NCBI GenBank assembly: GCA_023150615.1
Contig: JAKLKO010000001.1
Coordinates: 271,356-295,355 of the forward strand
Source of the DNA: Phycisphaerae bacterium
GTDB taxonomy: Bacteria; Planctomycetota; Phycisphaerae; UBA1845; UTPLA1
Length of the DNA stretch: 24,000 nt
Reading direction: 5' to 3'
The position numbers and the translations under genes were made by a program. Below the pieces are notes generated by a model that made no database searches, was not told the origin of the DNA, and saw nothing but the letters and a program-made list of their open reading frames with translations. Positions 7,338 to 15,400 of the stretch are shown here, piece after piece. Every line of letters starts with the position of its first letter. The stretch's first letter is position 1.

Positions 7338-8807
7338 CTAGTAGAGCAGGTCCGCCATCTCCTGAACGTCAAGCCCGTCGACGCCTCCGACGCCGTCGAC
7401 ATTCGCCGCGCCGAGGACGCACGGGTCGACCGTCCCGAAGAGCAGGACGTTGACGAAGTCGGGGATGTCGCCGGTATTCACGAACGTGTCTCCGTTGACG
7501 TCGCCGAGCACGTAAGCCGGATTCGGGCCCTGAAGCGCTCCGCTCAGGGTCGGCGGGCTTGTGACCGTCGCAGACGTCACCGTAACGGTCGACGCAGCCG
7601 GGGCGAGATTGCAGTCAAACCAGAAGTTGAAGAGCTGGCCCCAGCGAATCGGGTTCGTCCCGCTGTCGTCCCTCCACCCGATCATGCCAGCACCGGGGAA
7701 GTACGTCCAGTCGGTGCCGTCAACATCGTTCGCGCTCGCCGCGTCGCCGGGCGTGACGGGCTGACTATATTTCCAATCGCGGAAGCCGACGTTCGAGACG
7801 ACGCCGCAGGGAGGCATCGGGATACTGAACTCGCGGACGGCGGCGGTGTAGTTGTAGTTGTAGACCGCATACTCGTAGTGCCATGTTCCGCCGCCCAGGT
7901 CCGTCGCCTGTGTGGCGACATAGACCTCGCCGTCGTTGAAGACGGCGGCGTTTGCGTTGAGCGTAACGCGGTGCGAGCCCCAGACGTTTAGGGCCGGACC
8001 GTACTGCGGCACGCGCCCGGCGTGGTTGTTGGACATGGTCGTGCCATCGGGATTCTGGTTCGTGAAGGTGTAGGCGCCGGGGCTGCCGCCGATGCCGATG
8101 CGCCGCCAGCCGATGTTGTTTCCGCGATTGGCGTCGTTCTTGATAATGTACACGCCCTCGGTGTAGTAGATCGCCCCCGCGTGCAGGGCGGGGTTGATGT
8201 CGTCGTCGTGCACGATCATGCGGTGCGACGTGCCGTTGAATGTCGGTGCGGTGCCGCTCTGGAGACAATCGTTGTCAATGGTCCCCCAGGCGTTATCAAA
8301 GTACGAGCCGCACGGCTGCCAAGTCGCGTTCCACGGGTCGATCTCGGTGCGCGGGCCGAGGTAGTTGCGGTTGGCGTTGTTCGCGGTGCTGTACGTGTCC
8401 GAACAATTGACGCCGAGAAAGACGCCGCTGCCGCCGTTCGGATCGGTGCAGGTGCTGCAAAGAGACTGATCCAGCGCGAAGAAGCCGTGCTTCGTCCAGC
8501 TGATTCCGATCTGAACGAGGCGGCCGCTCTCAAGACGATACAGCTCGAAGGTGATGAACGGGTGATTGGGGTTCATCTGCGCGCGCCAATCGACGCGCTC
8601 CGTGCCCACGTTGCACGAGACCGTCGTGGTCGTCGTGCCGTTGTTCGGTGCGACACGACCGCCCGTGGGGATCGCCAGATCGAAGAACTCGCCGAGGGCC
8701 ACGTCGACGACCGCCATCGCCGGAGGGGCGAACGATCCAAACGCGAGAAGCGCGATCAGCGCCAGGAGGCGCGTGAAGATCCTGTGGCGTGCAGCAGCAT
8801 GCGTCAT
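7338..8807 (-). CDS. secreted protein: signal peptide, uncharacterised Cys-rich core of about 400 aa, C-terminal dockerin-like module (paralog of 4734-7001)
   Basis: 489 aa. The ATG at 8807 is preceded by TAGGGAGTGCCTTCGC (SD GGGAG about 9 nt upstream). The signal peptide MTHAAARHRIFTRLLALIALLAFGSFAPPAMA has an AxA cleavage site. It shares conserved islands with the neighbouring gene (VSCN.G, SW.KHG, LGPR.EI.PW, DLGGGTWHYEYA.YN.N, DGTDW, RWG...NF.FD.N). Confidence 0.85.
   Translation of the reverse strand: MTHAAARHRIFTRLLALIALLAFGSFAPPAMAVVDVALGEFFDLAIPTGGRVAPNNGTTTTTVSCNVGTERVDWRAQMNPNHPFITFELYRLESGRLVQIGISWTKHGFFALDQSLCSTCTDPNGGSGVFLGVNCSDTYSTANNANRNYLGPRTEIDPWNATWQPCGSYFDNAWGTIDNDCLQSGTAPTFNGTSHRMIVHDDDINPALHAGAIYYTEGVYIIKNDANRGNNIGWRRIGIGGSPGAYTFTNQNPDGTTMSNNHAGRVPQYGPALNVWGSHRVTLNANAAVFNDGEVYVATQATDLGGGTWHYEYAVYNYNYTAAVREFSIPMPPCGVVSNVGFRDWKYSQPVTPGDAASANDVDGTDWTYFPGAGMIGWRDDSGTNPIRWGQLFNFWFDCNLAPAASTVTVTSATVTSPPTLSGALQGPNPAYVLGDVNGDTFVNTGDIPDFVNVLLFGTVDPCVLGAANVDGVGGVDGLDVQEMADLLY
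7341..7502 (-). other. dockerin-like two-loop module (domain of 7338-8807)
   Basis: DVNGDTFVNTGDIPDFVNVLL ... ANVDGVGGVDGLDVQEMADLLY. This is the same two-repeat Ca-loop-plus-helix layout as in the paralog. Confidence 0.6.
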
Positions 8808-8900
8808 GCGAAGGCACTCCCTACAGGGTCGCGAGGACAGGAAACGTGCGAGCTTTCCCCTTCCGCAGCAACCAGTTCCGAAATGAGACTCGCCACTACC

Positions 8901-8930
8901 AGTTTATCCGCCCGCCCGCCGCCCTGTCAA
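8901..8930 (-). promoter_or_regulatory. sigma70-like promoter candidate for 7338-8807
   Basis: The minus strand reads TTGACA (8930-8925), an 18-nt GC-rich spacer, then TAAACT (8906-8901). It lies about 94 nt upstream of ATG 8807, inside a 297-nt non-coding gap. Confidence 0.3.
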
Positions 8931-9104
8931 ATCGAGGTTCTCGGACCTTCGGTCAGCCCGGCTCACCGATCCGTATTTCGGCGTGCCAAAACGCCTTCTG
9001 GACGGAAAAGTCGATAATCGGGGCAGCGAGGGACGGTCGAAACCCTCGCACGACGAGCACGGCGGAGGAGCACGGACCGCGGAAAACGACCTCCGCTCGG
9101 ATGA

Positions 9105-9707
9105 TCAGAGCCGCTCCGAGCGACGGAGGTCGGTGAATTGCACGGCCATCAGGGTCGCGCTGATGGGGATGCAGAGCATGACAAAGAGCGTCGCGGCGGA
9201 CAGCCCGATGGCGTCGCTCAGCGGTATCCCGGGCAGCTTCTCGGCCTCCAGGGCGACGCCGGCGGTCACCAGGATGCCGCCCTGAATGGCCGACATCACG
9301 ACAACGGTCTCGGGGAAGAACTGCAGCGAGAAGGCGACGACGATCACGGCGACCGCGACGATCGTCACTGCATCGACGTACGCCGGGAATGCCGCTGATT
9401 CAAGCAACCAGCGCGTCAGCACTGCGAGCGTCGTGGCAGCCACGAGCACGATCGTCGCCCGGCTGCGTTGACTGCCGAACCAGCCCGCGGCGAGGGACGA
9501 TATTGCGATGATGGGGATTCCGAACCAAAACGGCAGCGGAAGGAGGGCGCTGCACCAGCCCACGAGCAGCGCGGCGTTGGCGGCCGCCACGAGCGACGAA
9601 ATCCGCCAGCCAAGCGCCCCGGTGGCCACGCCGACCACGGCCAGCAGCGCCGCGGCATGCGAACCGTATGCCGGGTTGAAGCGAAACAGCTCGAACATGC
9701 GCCTCAC
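9105..9707 (-). CDS. polytopic membrane protein (about 7 TM), unknown function
   Basis: 200 aa, almost entirely hydrophobic segments (AAALLAVVGVATGALGW, LVAAANAALLVGWCSALL, FWFGIPIIAISSLAAGWF, ATIVLVAATTLAVLTRWLL, AVTIVAVAVIVVAFSLQFF, VVVMSAIQGGILVTAGVAL, GLSAATLFVMLCIPISATLMAV). It is on the same strand as the preceding gene and 66 nt downstream of it. The start is ambiguous (GTG 9707 or ATG 9698). Confidence 0.65.
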   Translation of the reverse strand: MRRMFELFRFNPAYGSHAAALLAVVGVATGALGWRISSLVAAANAALLVGWCSALLPLPFWFGIPIIAISSLAAGWFGSQRSRATIVLVAATTLAVLTRWLLESAAFPAYVDAVTIVAVAVIVVAFSLQFFPETVVVMSAIQGGILVTAGVALEAEKLPGIPLSDAIGLSAATLFVMLCIPISATLMAVQFTDLRRSERL

Positions 9708-9773
9708 CGGTTCGGTGCGCGCAACTCCTCAATCGCACCCTGGCTCGCGAACTCCTCGGAATTCAAGATACGA

Positions 9774-10610
9774 TTAGGACCGGGCGGAAGGCGAATCTTC
9801 GGCAGCGGCGTCTCCAAATCGGGCGAGCTTGGCCTGCCAGACGAGTCCGAAAACCCAAAGTCCGCCGACGGCCGCGACGAGCAATTCCGGACGCTTGATC
9901 AACTCGGGCTGCATCGTCGGCGAAGCCATGGCGAGCAAGCCCGCAATCCCGACCACGGCGAGGATCGAGCCGAGCAGGGCGAGCCATGCGACGGCGACGA
10001 GTTGCAGCGCCCAGATGGCGAGCACGACGCCGAACAGGAGTCCCACAGCGGGCACGAGCCAGCCGCGCACGCCCCAGCCGCGCAGCTCCGCTGCGACCGT
10101 GTCGACCAGTCGGCGGACCTGCTCGGAGGTTTTCGGATAGAGGTTCTTCATCTGCTCGGCCGGTTCGACGAGCGTCACGCCCCCGCCGTTTGCGCGGATC
10201 GCGCCGGCCGACTCGGGCAGGAGCGCGGCCCAGTCGCCGTTCTGGCCGAGCTGGTAGATCAGCGCGGCCGTGACGAGGACGATGATGGATCCGGCGCCAA
10301 GCCAGATGCGATGCGTTCGATAGGCGAAGATTCCACCGACGGCGCCCACAGCCGCCGCGCTGATAGGCCCGGGCGTCTGGATCCACTCAGCGAGGCGGAA
10401 GCCGCCAAGTGCGCCGAGACCGACGCCCGCAAGGCACACGAGTGAAGCGGCGAGCCGCGCGCTGCGAAAGGCGATGATGATGCCAACCATGGCCGCGACG
10501 GTGCACGCGGTGACGGACGTCGGCGACTGCTGTACGGGCGGCAGGTAGTAGTGCAGCAGCGCCTGAAGCGTCGTGAGCCAGGAGGCATCGGCCGGTACGG
10601 GTGCGTCCAT
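9774..10610 (-). CDS. polytopic membrane protein (about 7 TM with a soluble loop of about 60 aa), unknown function
   Basis: This is the ATG-10610 portion of the 9774-11096 ORF (278 aa). The upstream 162 codons overlap ftsQ and are Arg-rich, so they are excluded. There are four TM segments, then the loop QNGDWAALLPESAGAIRANGGGVTLVEPAEQMKNLYPKTSEQVRRLVDTVAAELRGWG, then three more TM segments. The SD is weak, so the start is only moderately supported. Confidence 0.65.
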   Translation of the reverse strand: MDAPVPADASWLTTLQALLHYYLPPVQQSPTSVTACTVAAMVGIIIAFRSARLAASLVCLAGVGLGALGGFRLAEWIQTPGPISAAAVGAVGGIFAYRTHRIWLGAGSIIVLVTAALIYQLGQNGDWAALLPESAGAIRANGGGVTLVEPAEQMKNLYPKTSEQVRRLVDTVAAELRGWGVRGWLVPAVGLLFGVVLAIWALQLVAVAWLALLGSILAVVGIAGLLAMASPTMQPELIKRPELLVAAVGGLWVFGLVWQAKLARFGDAAAEDSPSARS

Positions 10611-10732
10611 TCGTGCGATCCGGTTCGGAAAGCGCTCCGGAATCGTAGCCGCGCGATCCCTGCATCGCCATTCGCCGCGGGGCGTGCCGCGATCCACTGT
10701 CGTGGCGCCGCGGCCGCTCAATCGCGCGGCGT

Positions 10733-11692
10733 TCAGCCCGGCGTCATCGACGCGTGGGTCGGCGCGGTGCCGCGCGCGGGCATCGCGACGTGGTCCAGCC
10801 AGGTCGTGACGTCGACGTACGAGCGACCCAGATCGATCCGCCCGAAGCGGCGATAGAGCGATTCGAGCAGCGCGAGCTTCCGCGACGCGGCGATCTCGAC
10901 ACCGTCCTCGTCGCCGGGCGCGCGGCCCCAGACGATCCTCGCGCCGGGGCGGTCGGTGGCAAGGTCGATTCGCGGACGCGTCCGGCCGCGCAACGGCGAC
11001 ATTTCGCGAACCAGGACGCGCGTCACCTGCGGCCGAAAGCAGCGCGACTCGATCGCCGCCGCGACCTTCAGTCCCGCGCGCACGTCGTTGCCACACCAGG
11101 CACGGCCGACGGGCGGCGGCGGACTTTGAACGCCCTCGAGGATCAGCAGCGGACCTTCCGTCACGCTCGAACGCGCGTAGCTCCCCGGAAGGCGCTCGCC
11201 GCGGCGATCGACGAGATACGCCGCATCATCGTGGCAGACCCACACGAACGGCTCTCGAAACCGCGCGCGGATCGATACCACGCCGTTCGGACGGACCTCG
11301 ACGCCCTCGAGCCGCTCGATCCAGCCGGGATCGTGCTGAAGCACACGCGTCGCCACGTCGGCGGCGAGGCCGGGGCGGTTGAGTCGATCGTCGGGAGTCA
11401 AGCCGCACGCCTCCTGAAGAGAATCGACGATGCGCTGGTTCGCGGGCAACGCGAGCCACGTCGGGAGGCGATCCCATTCGATCGTCAGCGGAACGTCGAA
11501 CGCCGGAAGTCCCGACACGAATCGCTCCAGCCGCTGCATGCCGAGCAGGAGCGGCAGCAGGATCGCGAGGACGATGACGGCGTACTGCGCGCCGGTGCGC
11601 GTCCAGGCCAGCAGGCGGGGGTCGAGCGACTCGATGAATCGGCGCCCGCGCGACCGAGGCGGCGCCCCTTTCGACTTGCGTCGACGTGACAT
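10733..11692 (-). CDS. ftsQ: cell division protein FtsQ/DivIB-like (N-terminal cytoplasmic tail, single TM, POTRA-type periplasmic domain)
   Basis: 319 aa. The ATG at 11692 is preceded by ACGGGAGATCGC. The basic N-terminus MSRRRKSKGAPPRSRGRR is followed by the TM segment YAVIVLAILLPLLLGM. Next is a segment of the FtsQ/POTRA-type pattern (L..DPGWIERLEGVEVRPNGVVSIRARFREPFVWV..DDAAYLVDRRGERL). Its position right after ddl is the canonical ftsQ slot. Confidence 0.7.
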   Translation of the reverse strand: MSRRRKSKGAPPRSRGRRFIESLDPRLLAWTRTGAQYAVIVLAILLPLLLGMQRLERFVSGLPAFDVPLTIEWDRLPTWLALPANQRIVDSLQEACGLTPDDRLNRPGLAADVATRVLQHDPGWIERLEGVEVRPNGVVSIRARFREPFVWVCHDDAAYLVDRRGERLPGSYARSSVTEGPLLILEGVQSPPPPVGRAWCGNDVRAGLKVAAAIESRCFRPQVTRVLVREMSPLRGRTRPRIDLATDRPGARIVWGRAPGDEDGVEIAASRKLALLESLYRRFGRIDLGRSYVDVTTWLDHVAMPARGTAPTHASMTPG

Positions 11693-11707
11693 GCGATCTC
11701 CCGTGGA

Positions 11708-12676
11708 TCAGTCCATCCGCCGGCGATAGGCCATGCGCGCGATCGTGTCGCAGAGCTGCCCAAAGCTGATCCCGGCCTTGGCGGCGGCCTTCGGAAGCAG
11801 AGAGTGCGACGTCATGCCCGGCGAGACGTTGACTTCGAGCAGGTACGGCTTGAGACCGTTCGGATCGACGCGCCAATCGACGCGCGAGACATCGCGGCAC
11901 CCAAGGGCGCGATGCGCCGCGAGGCTCATCTCGCGAACATGCTCGAGCATGTCGACCGGCAGATCAATATCGAACGAATAGACAGTCGCGTCGTCGTGGT
12001 ACTTGGCCTGGTAGTCGTAGAACTCGCGCGATGTCCGGATCTCGATCACCGGCAGCGCCTGATCCCCGAGGATTCCGACCGTCAGCTCCTTGCCCGGGAT
12101 GTACTCCTCAATCAGGCATTCCGCGTACTTCGCCAGGACCTGCTCGACGCGCGGACGGAATTCGGCGGCGTCACGCACGATGGCGCATTCGACGCTGCTT
12201 CCCTCGGTGACGGGCTTGACCACGACCGGCAGTGACCAGCACGCGATCGCTTCCCGGAGGTTCTCCCGCGTGGCGACGTCGAAGCGCGGCGTCGGGAGAT
12301 CGTGCCGCCGGAAGACTTCCTTGGCGCGGGCCTTGTGCATCGCCAACGAGCAGACGTCAGGCTTGGAGCCGGTGTAGCGCAGCTTGCGCCGCTCGAGGAT
12401 CGCCTGCACCTGACCGTCCTCACCGAACACGCCATGAAGGGCGATGTAGACGATGTCCACCTGTCGCGCGAGGGCGGTGAGATTGTCCGGGTTGATGTCG
12501 GCGCGGTAGACGGTGTGGCCGAGCGATTCAAGGGCGTCGGCGACGCATCGCCCGGATTCGAGGCTGACGTCGCGCTCCGCGCCGACGCCGCCCATGAGGA
12601 CGGTGATCGCAAGAGTGCTGGGGGCGTTGGCGCCGGGCCGCGGCACGTTGGCATCGACGGTTTCGGTTTTTGCCAT
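11708..12676 (-). CDS. ddl: D-alanine--D-alanine ligase
   Basis: It has ATP-grasp Ddl motifs: VLMGGVGAERDVSLESG, ALHGVFGEDGQVQAILE, PVVVKPVTEGSSVE and LLEVNVSPGMTSHSL. I chose the start at ATG 12676 (SD GACGGAG 10 nt upstream) instead of the ORF maximum 12796, which would overlap murB by 71 nt. Confidence 0.9.
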   Translation of the reverse strand: MAKTETVDANVPRPGANAPSTLAITVLMGGVGAERDVSLESGRCVADALESLGHTVYRADINPDNLTALARQVDIVYIALHGVFGEDGQVQAILERRKLRYTGSKPDVCSLAMHKARAKEVFRRHDLPTPRFDVATRENLREAIACWSLPVVVKPVTEGSSVECAIVRDAAEFRPRVEQVLAKYAECLIEEYIPGKELTVGILGDQALPVIEIRTSREFYDYQAKYHDDATVYSFDIDLPVDMLEHVREMSLAAHRALGCRDVSRVDWRVDPNGLKPYLLEVNVSPGMTSHSLLPKAAAKAGISFGQLCDTIARMAYRRRMD

Positions 12677-12725
12677 GGCTACTTCGCTCCGTCTCATAGT
12701 TTCGGCAAAGCCGGATTCGCCGGGT

Positions 12726-13610
12726 TCACCAGACCTCGACTTCGCGTTCGAGCCGAACGCCGGTCCGAGAATATACCTGCTCCTCGACATGCTCAATCAG
12801 GGCAATCACGTCCGCGGCACGGCCCCCCGGATGGGCGACGATGAAATTCGCGTGGATCGGTGAGACTTCGGCCGCCCCGATGCGGCGACCCTTCAGTCCG
12901 CACTCGTCAATCAGTCGTCCGGCGAATCGCTGCGGATCCGGATTCTTGAAGATGCAGCCGGCACTCTGCTGTTCGAGGGCGGGCTGCGAGCGGCTCTTCG
13001 CGAGCCAGATCTCCTTGAAACGCTCGACGAGGGCGCGGCTGTCGGTCGGACGGAGTTCGATCTCGGCCGACACGACCATCGCGTCGCCCAACTGCGACTT
13101 GCGATACCCGAAACCCAGCTCGTCGCGGCGGCGCTCGACGACCCGTCCGTCGCGATCGATCAGCCGGACGCGGCGGATGGAGTCGGACATCTGGCCGAAC
13201 CGACCACCGCAGTTCATGCGGATTCCGCCGCCGACGGTTCCGGGGATGCCGGCGATGACCTCCAGTCCGGCGCGGCCGGCATGCACGCAGGCGCGAACGA
13301 GCTTCGTCAGGTGGACTCCGGCGCCGACGCGCGCGCCGTCGGTCGTCCATTCGAGCTGCTGAAATGCGGGAGCGGCGAGGCGGATGACCGCTCCATCCAC
13401 GCCCGCGTCGCGCACCAGCACGTTCGCGCCGAGTCCGAGGAAGCGCACCGGCAATCCGGCCTCCCGCGCGCGGTGCAGGACCGTGATGAGCTGCGGCTCA
13501 TCGCGCGGCTCGATCAGCCAGCGGGCCGGACCGCCGAGATGAAACCAGGTCAGCGGCGCGAGCGGGACATTCGGGCGGCAGCAATCACGCAAGTCGTCGA
13601 ACAAGGTCAT
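12726..13610 (-). CDS. murB: UDP-N-acetylenolpyruvoylglucosamine reductase
   Basis: 294 aa. The FAD-binding PCMH region is LTWFHLGGPARWLIEP...RFLGLGANVLVRDAGVDG, with IAGIPGTVGGGIRMNCG and the C-terminal SAGCIFKNP. It overlaps the murC 3' end by 26 nt. Confidence 0.9.
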   Translation of the reverse strand: MTLFDDLRDCCRPNVPLAPLTWFHLGGPARWLIEPRDEPQLITVLHRAREAGLPVRFLGLGANVLVRDAGVDGAVIRLAAPAFQQLEWTTDGARVGAGVHLTKLVRACVHAGRAGLEVIAGIPGTVGGGIRMNCGGRFGQMSDSIRRVRLIDRDGRVVERRRDELGFGYRKSQLGDAMVVSAEIELRPTDSRALVERFKEIWLAKSRSQPALEQQSAGCIFKNPDPQRFAGRLIDECGLKGRRIGAAEVSPIHANFIVAHPGGRAADVIALIEHVEEQVYSRTGVRLEREVEVW

Positions 13611-15084
13611 CGGCCACTTTCCACACGTCGCCCGCGCCCATCGTCAGCACGAGATCGCCGGCCTGCGCGTGCTGCGCGAGGTGCTCGACGATGGCATCGA
13701 AATCCGGCAGATAGAGCGCATCACCGCCGTTGGCGTGGATTCGCTCGACCAGATCGGTGCTGCGCACCGCGTCGCGCTCGGCCTCGCTGTCGCGAACGAA
13801 GTAGATATCCGGCACGAGCACGTGGTCGGCCTGCCCGAAGCTCCGCGCAAAGTCCGCCAGCAGGAACCGCGTGCGGCTGTGCTGATGGGGCTGGAAGATG
13901 ACCCACAGTCGCCGGCCGGGGTGCGATTCGCGCAGGGCGCGGAGCGTCACCTGAATCTCCGTCGGGTGATGGCCGTAGTCGTCGAAGACGTCGATTCCGC
14001 GGACGGTGGCGCGGTGCGTCAGCCGTCGGTCGGCGCCCTCAAACGTGGCCAGCGCCCCGGCGATCTGTGGCGCCGCGACGCCGCAATGATGGGCGATCGC
14101 GGTCGCAACGAGGGCGTTGGAGACCTGATGTCGGCCGGCGATGCGATCGAGGCGAACGTCGAGGAACGGCCGTCCGCCCGCGCGAACCCGAAACCGATAG
14201 TGTCCGTTGACGGCGCACAGATCGGTGGCGCACCAGTGCGCATCGGCGTCGACGCCGAAGGTCTCGACCCGCGCGCCGATGCCCTCGATCGCGAACGCCA
14301 CCGCACGATCGGCGCGGTTCGCGATCAGCACACCGTCGGCTGGCAGCAGCGAAGCGAACGCCTTGAAGGCCTCGATGATCGACTGGAGATTCTTGTAGTA
14401 GTCGAGGTGGTCTTCCTCAATGTTGAGGATCGCGGCGAGGTGCGGCGAGAGATTGAGGAACGACGCATCGTATTCGCACGCCTCGACGACGAAGTGCGGT
14501 CCGTCACCGACGCCGCAACTGCCGCCGAGTTGATCGACGGCCGCGCCGATCACGAAGGTTGGATCGAAGTCGGACTGGCGAAGGATGTAGCTGACCATCG
14601 CCGTCGTCGTGCTCTTGCCGTGCGTTCCGGCGATCGCGATTCCGGTCCGCAGCCGCATGACCTCTCCGAGCATCTGGGCGTACTTTCGAAGCGGGAGATT
14701 TCCGGCGCGGGCCGCACGCAGCTCGGGATTGTCGTCGGCGATGGCGGCGGAATAGACCACGAGGTCGGCGTCGGCCGGAAGGTGTTTCGGCGACTGGCCG
14801 ATGTGAATCGTCGCGCCGAGCGCGGCGAGGTCGTGCAGCGCGTCAGCGTCGATGCGATCGGAGCCGCTGACTCGCGCGCCGCAGCGGAGCAGGACTCCCG
14901 CGAGGCCGCGCATCCCCGATCCGCCGATGCCGATCAGGTGGATGCGCTTGCCGGCAAACGGCGACGTCCAGTGCTGCGCGCCCCCATCGAGACCGCGCAG
15001 ACCGGGGCCGGCGGCTCGAGCAGGTCGGATCGATTCGGTTCCAAGCGTCATTCGCGCCGCGGCCGGGCTGGTCGCTTCAGGCAT
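13585..15084 (-). CDS. murC: UDP-N-acetylmuramate--L-alanine ligase
   Basis: It has KRIHLIGIGGSGMRGLAG (N-terminal Rossmann), the Mur-ligase P-loop IAIAGTHGKSTTTAM and DDYGHHPTE. I chose the start at ATG 15084 because ATTGGAGGCGACCCCCGG (GGAGG 10 nt upstream) precedes it. The ORF maximum 15237 adds a low-complexity Arg/Pro stretch. This still leaves an N-terminal extension of about 45 aa before the Rossmann motif. Confidence 0.9.
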   Translation of the reverse strand: MPEATSPAAARMTLGTESIRPARAAGPGLRGLDGGAQHWTSPFAGKRIHLIGIGGSGMRGLAGVLLRCGARVSGSDRIDADALHDLAALGATIHIGQSPKHLPADADLVVYSAAIADDNPELRAARAGNLPLRKYAQMLGEVMRLRTGIAIAGTHGKSTTTAMVSYILRQSDFDPTFVIGAAVDQLGGSCGVGDGPHFVVEACEYDASFLNLSPHLAAILNIEEDHLDYYKNLQSIIEAFKAFASLLPADGVLIANRADRAVAFAIEGIGARVETFGVDADAHWCATDLCAVNGHYRFRVRAGGRPFLDVRLDRIAGRHQVSNALVATAIAHHCGVAAPQIAGALATFEGADRRLTHRATVRGIDVFDDYGHHPTEIQVTLRALRESHPGRRLWVIFQPHQHSRTRFLLADFARSFGQADHVLVPDIYFVRDSEAERDAVRSTDLVERIHANGGDALYLPDFDAIVEHLAQHAQAGDLVLTMGAGDVWKVADDLVRRLA

Positions 15085-15400
15085 CCGGGGGTCGCCTCCA
15101 ATGGGCTGCCGCGATCGAGAGCGAAAGCCGACCCCCACGCCGAAGTCGGCCGGCGGATCGTAGCGTGATCCGAGCGGCAGCCGCAAGCTCGTGGCAGGGA
15201 TTCGCCGCGGTCGGCTCGCAGGGGCCAGCGAAACCACGGCTGTCCCCTGTTCTTCCTATCGAGCGCCGCGAGGTATTTACTTGAAACCGCCTCGCGCGGT
15301 TCGGGATCGATAAGGAATTCAACGCGTAGGCCCGCGCCGACGCGGCGACTCGGGCTGCCTGGACGCCGTTGGCGTGATTCCCGAACTTGCCGACGGCGCC

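Noticed and set aside
9062-9096. Hairpin GCGGAGG / CCTCCGC with a 21-nt loop, just downstream of the 9105 stop.
   Set aside because: The loop is large and there is no U-tract. It is plausible as the end of the dcw transcript, but GC-rich inverted repeats of this size are frequent by chance here.
9721-9760. Near-direct repeat CGCG-AACTCCTC (minus strand GAGGAGTTCGCG ... GAGGAGTTGCGCG, 27 nt apart) in the 66-nt spacer between the two membrane-protein genes. The out-of-frame 112 aa ORF 9400-9738 starts 11 nt after the first GAGGAG.
   Set aside because: The 112 aa product is Arg-rich and overlaps the hydrophobic gene out of frame. The second GAGGAG is 20-29 nt from either candidate start, too far to be its SD. 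An 8-nt repeat in GC-rich DNA is not enough to claim a regulatory element.
10611-11096. N-terminal 162 codons of the 9774-11096 ORF (the 440 aa version).
   Set aside because: This part overlaps the ftsQ 3' region out of frame and is Arg-rich (MWQRRARGTEGRGGDR...). The hydrophobic membrane protein begins only at ATG 10610.
13669-15168. 499 aa plus-strand ORF opposite murC. Similar long antisense ORFs are 15374-16942 (+), 17881-19494 (+), 19543-20478 (+), 20814-22121 (+), 10754-11689 (+), 12302-12844 (+) and 9468-10445 (+).
   Set aside because: All lie exactly opposite genes with unmistakable Mur/Mra/Fts motifs. Their translations are Arg/Ala/Gly/Asp-rich low-complexity strings with no motifs. 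These are typical shadow ORFs of high-GC DNA.
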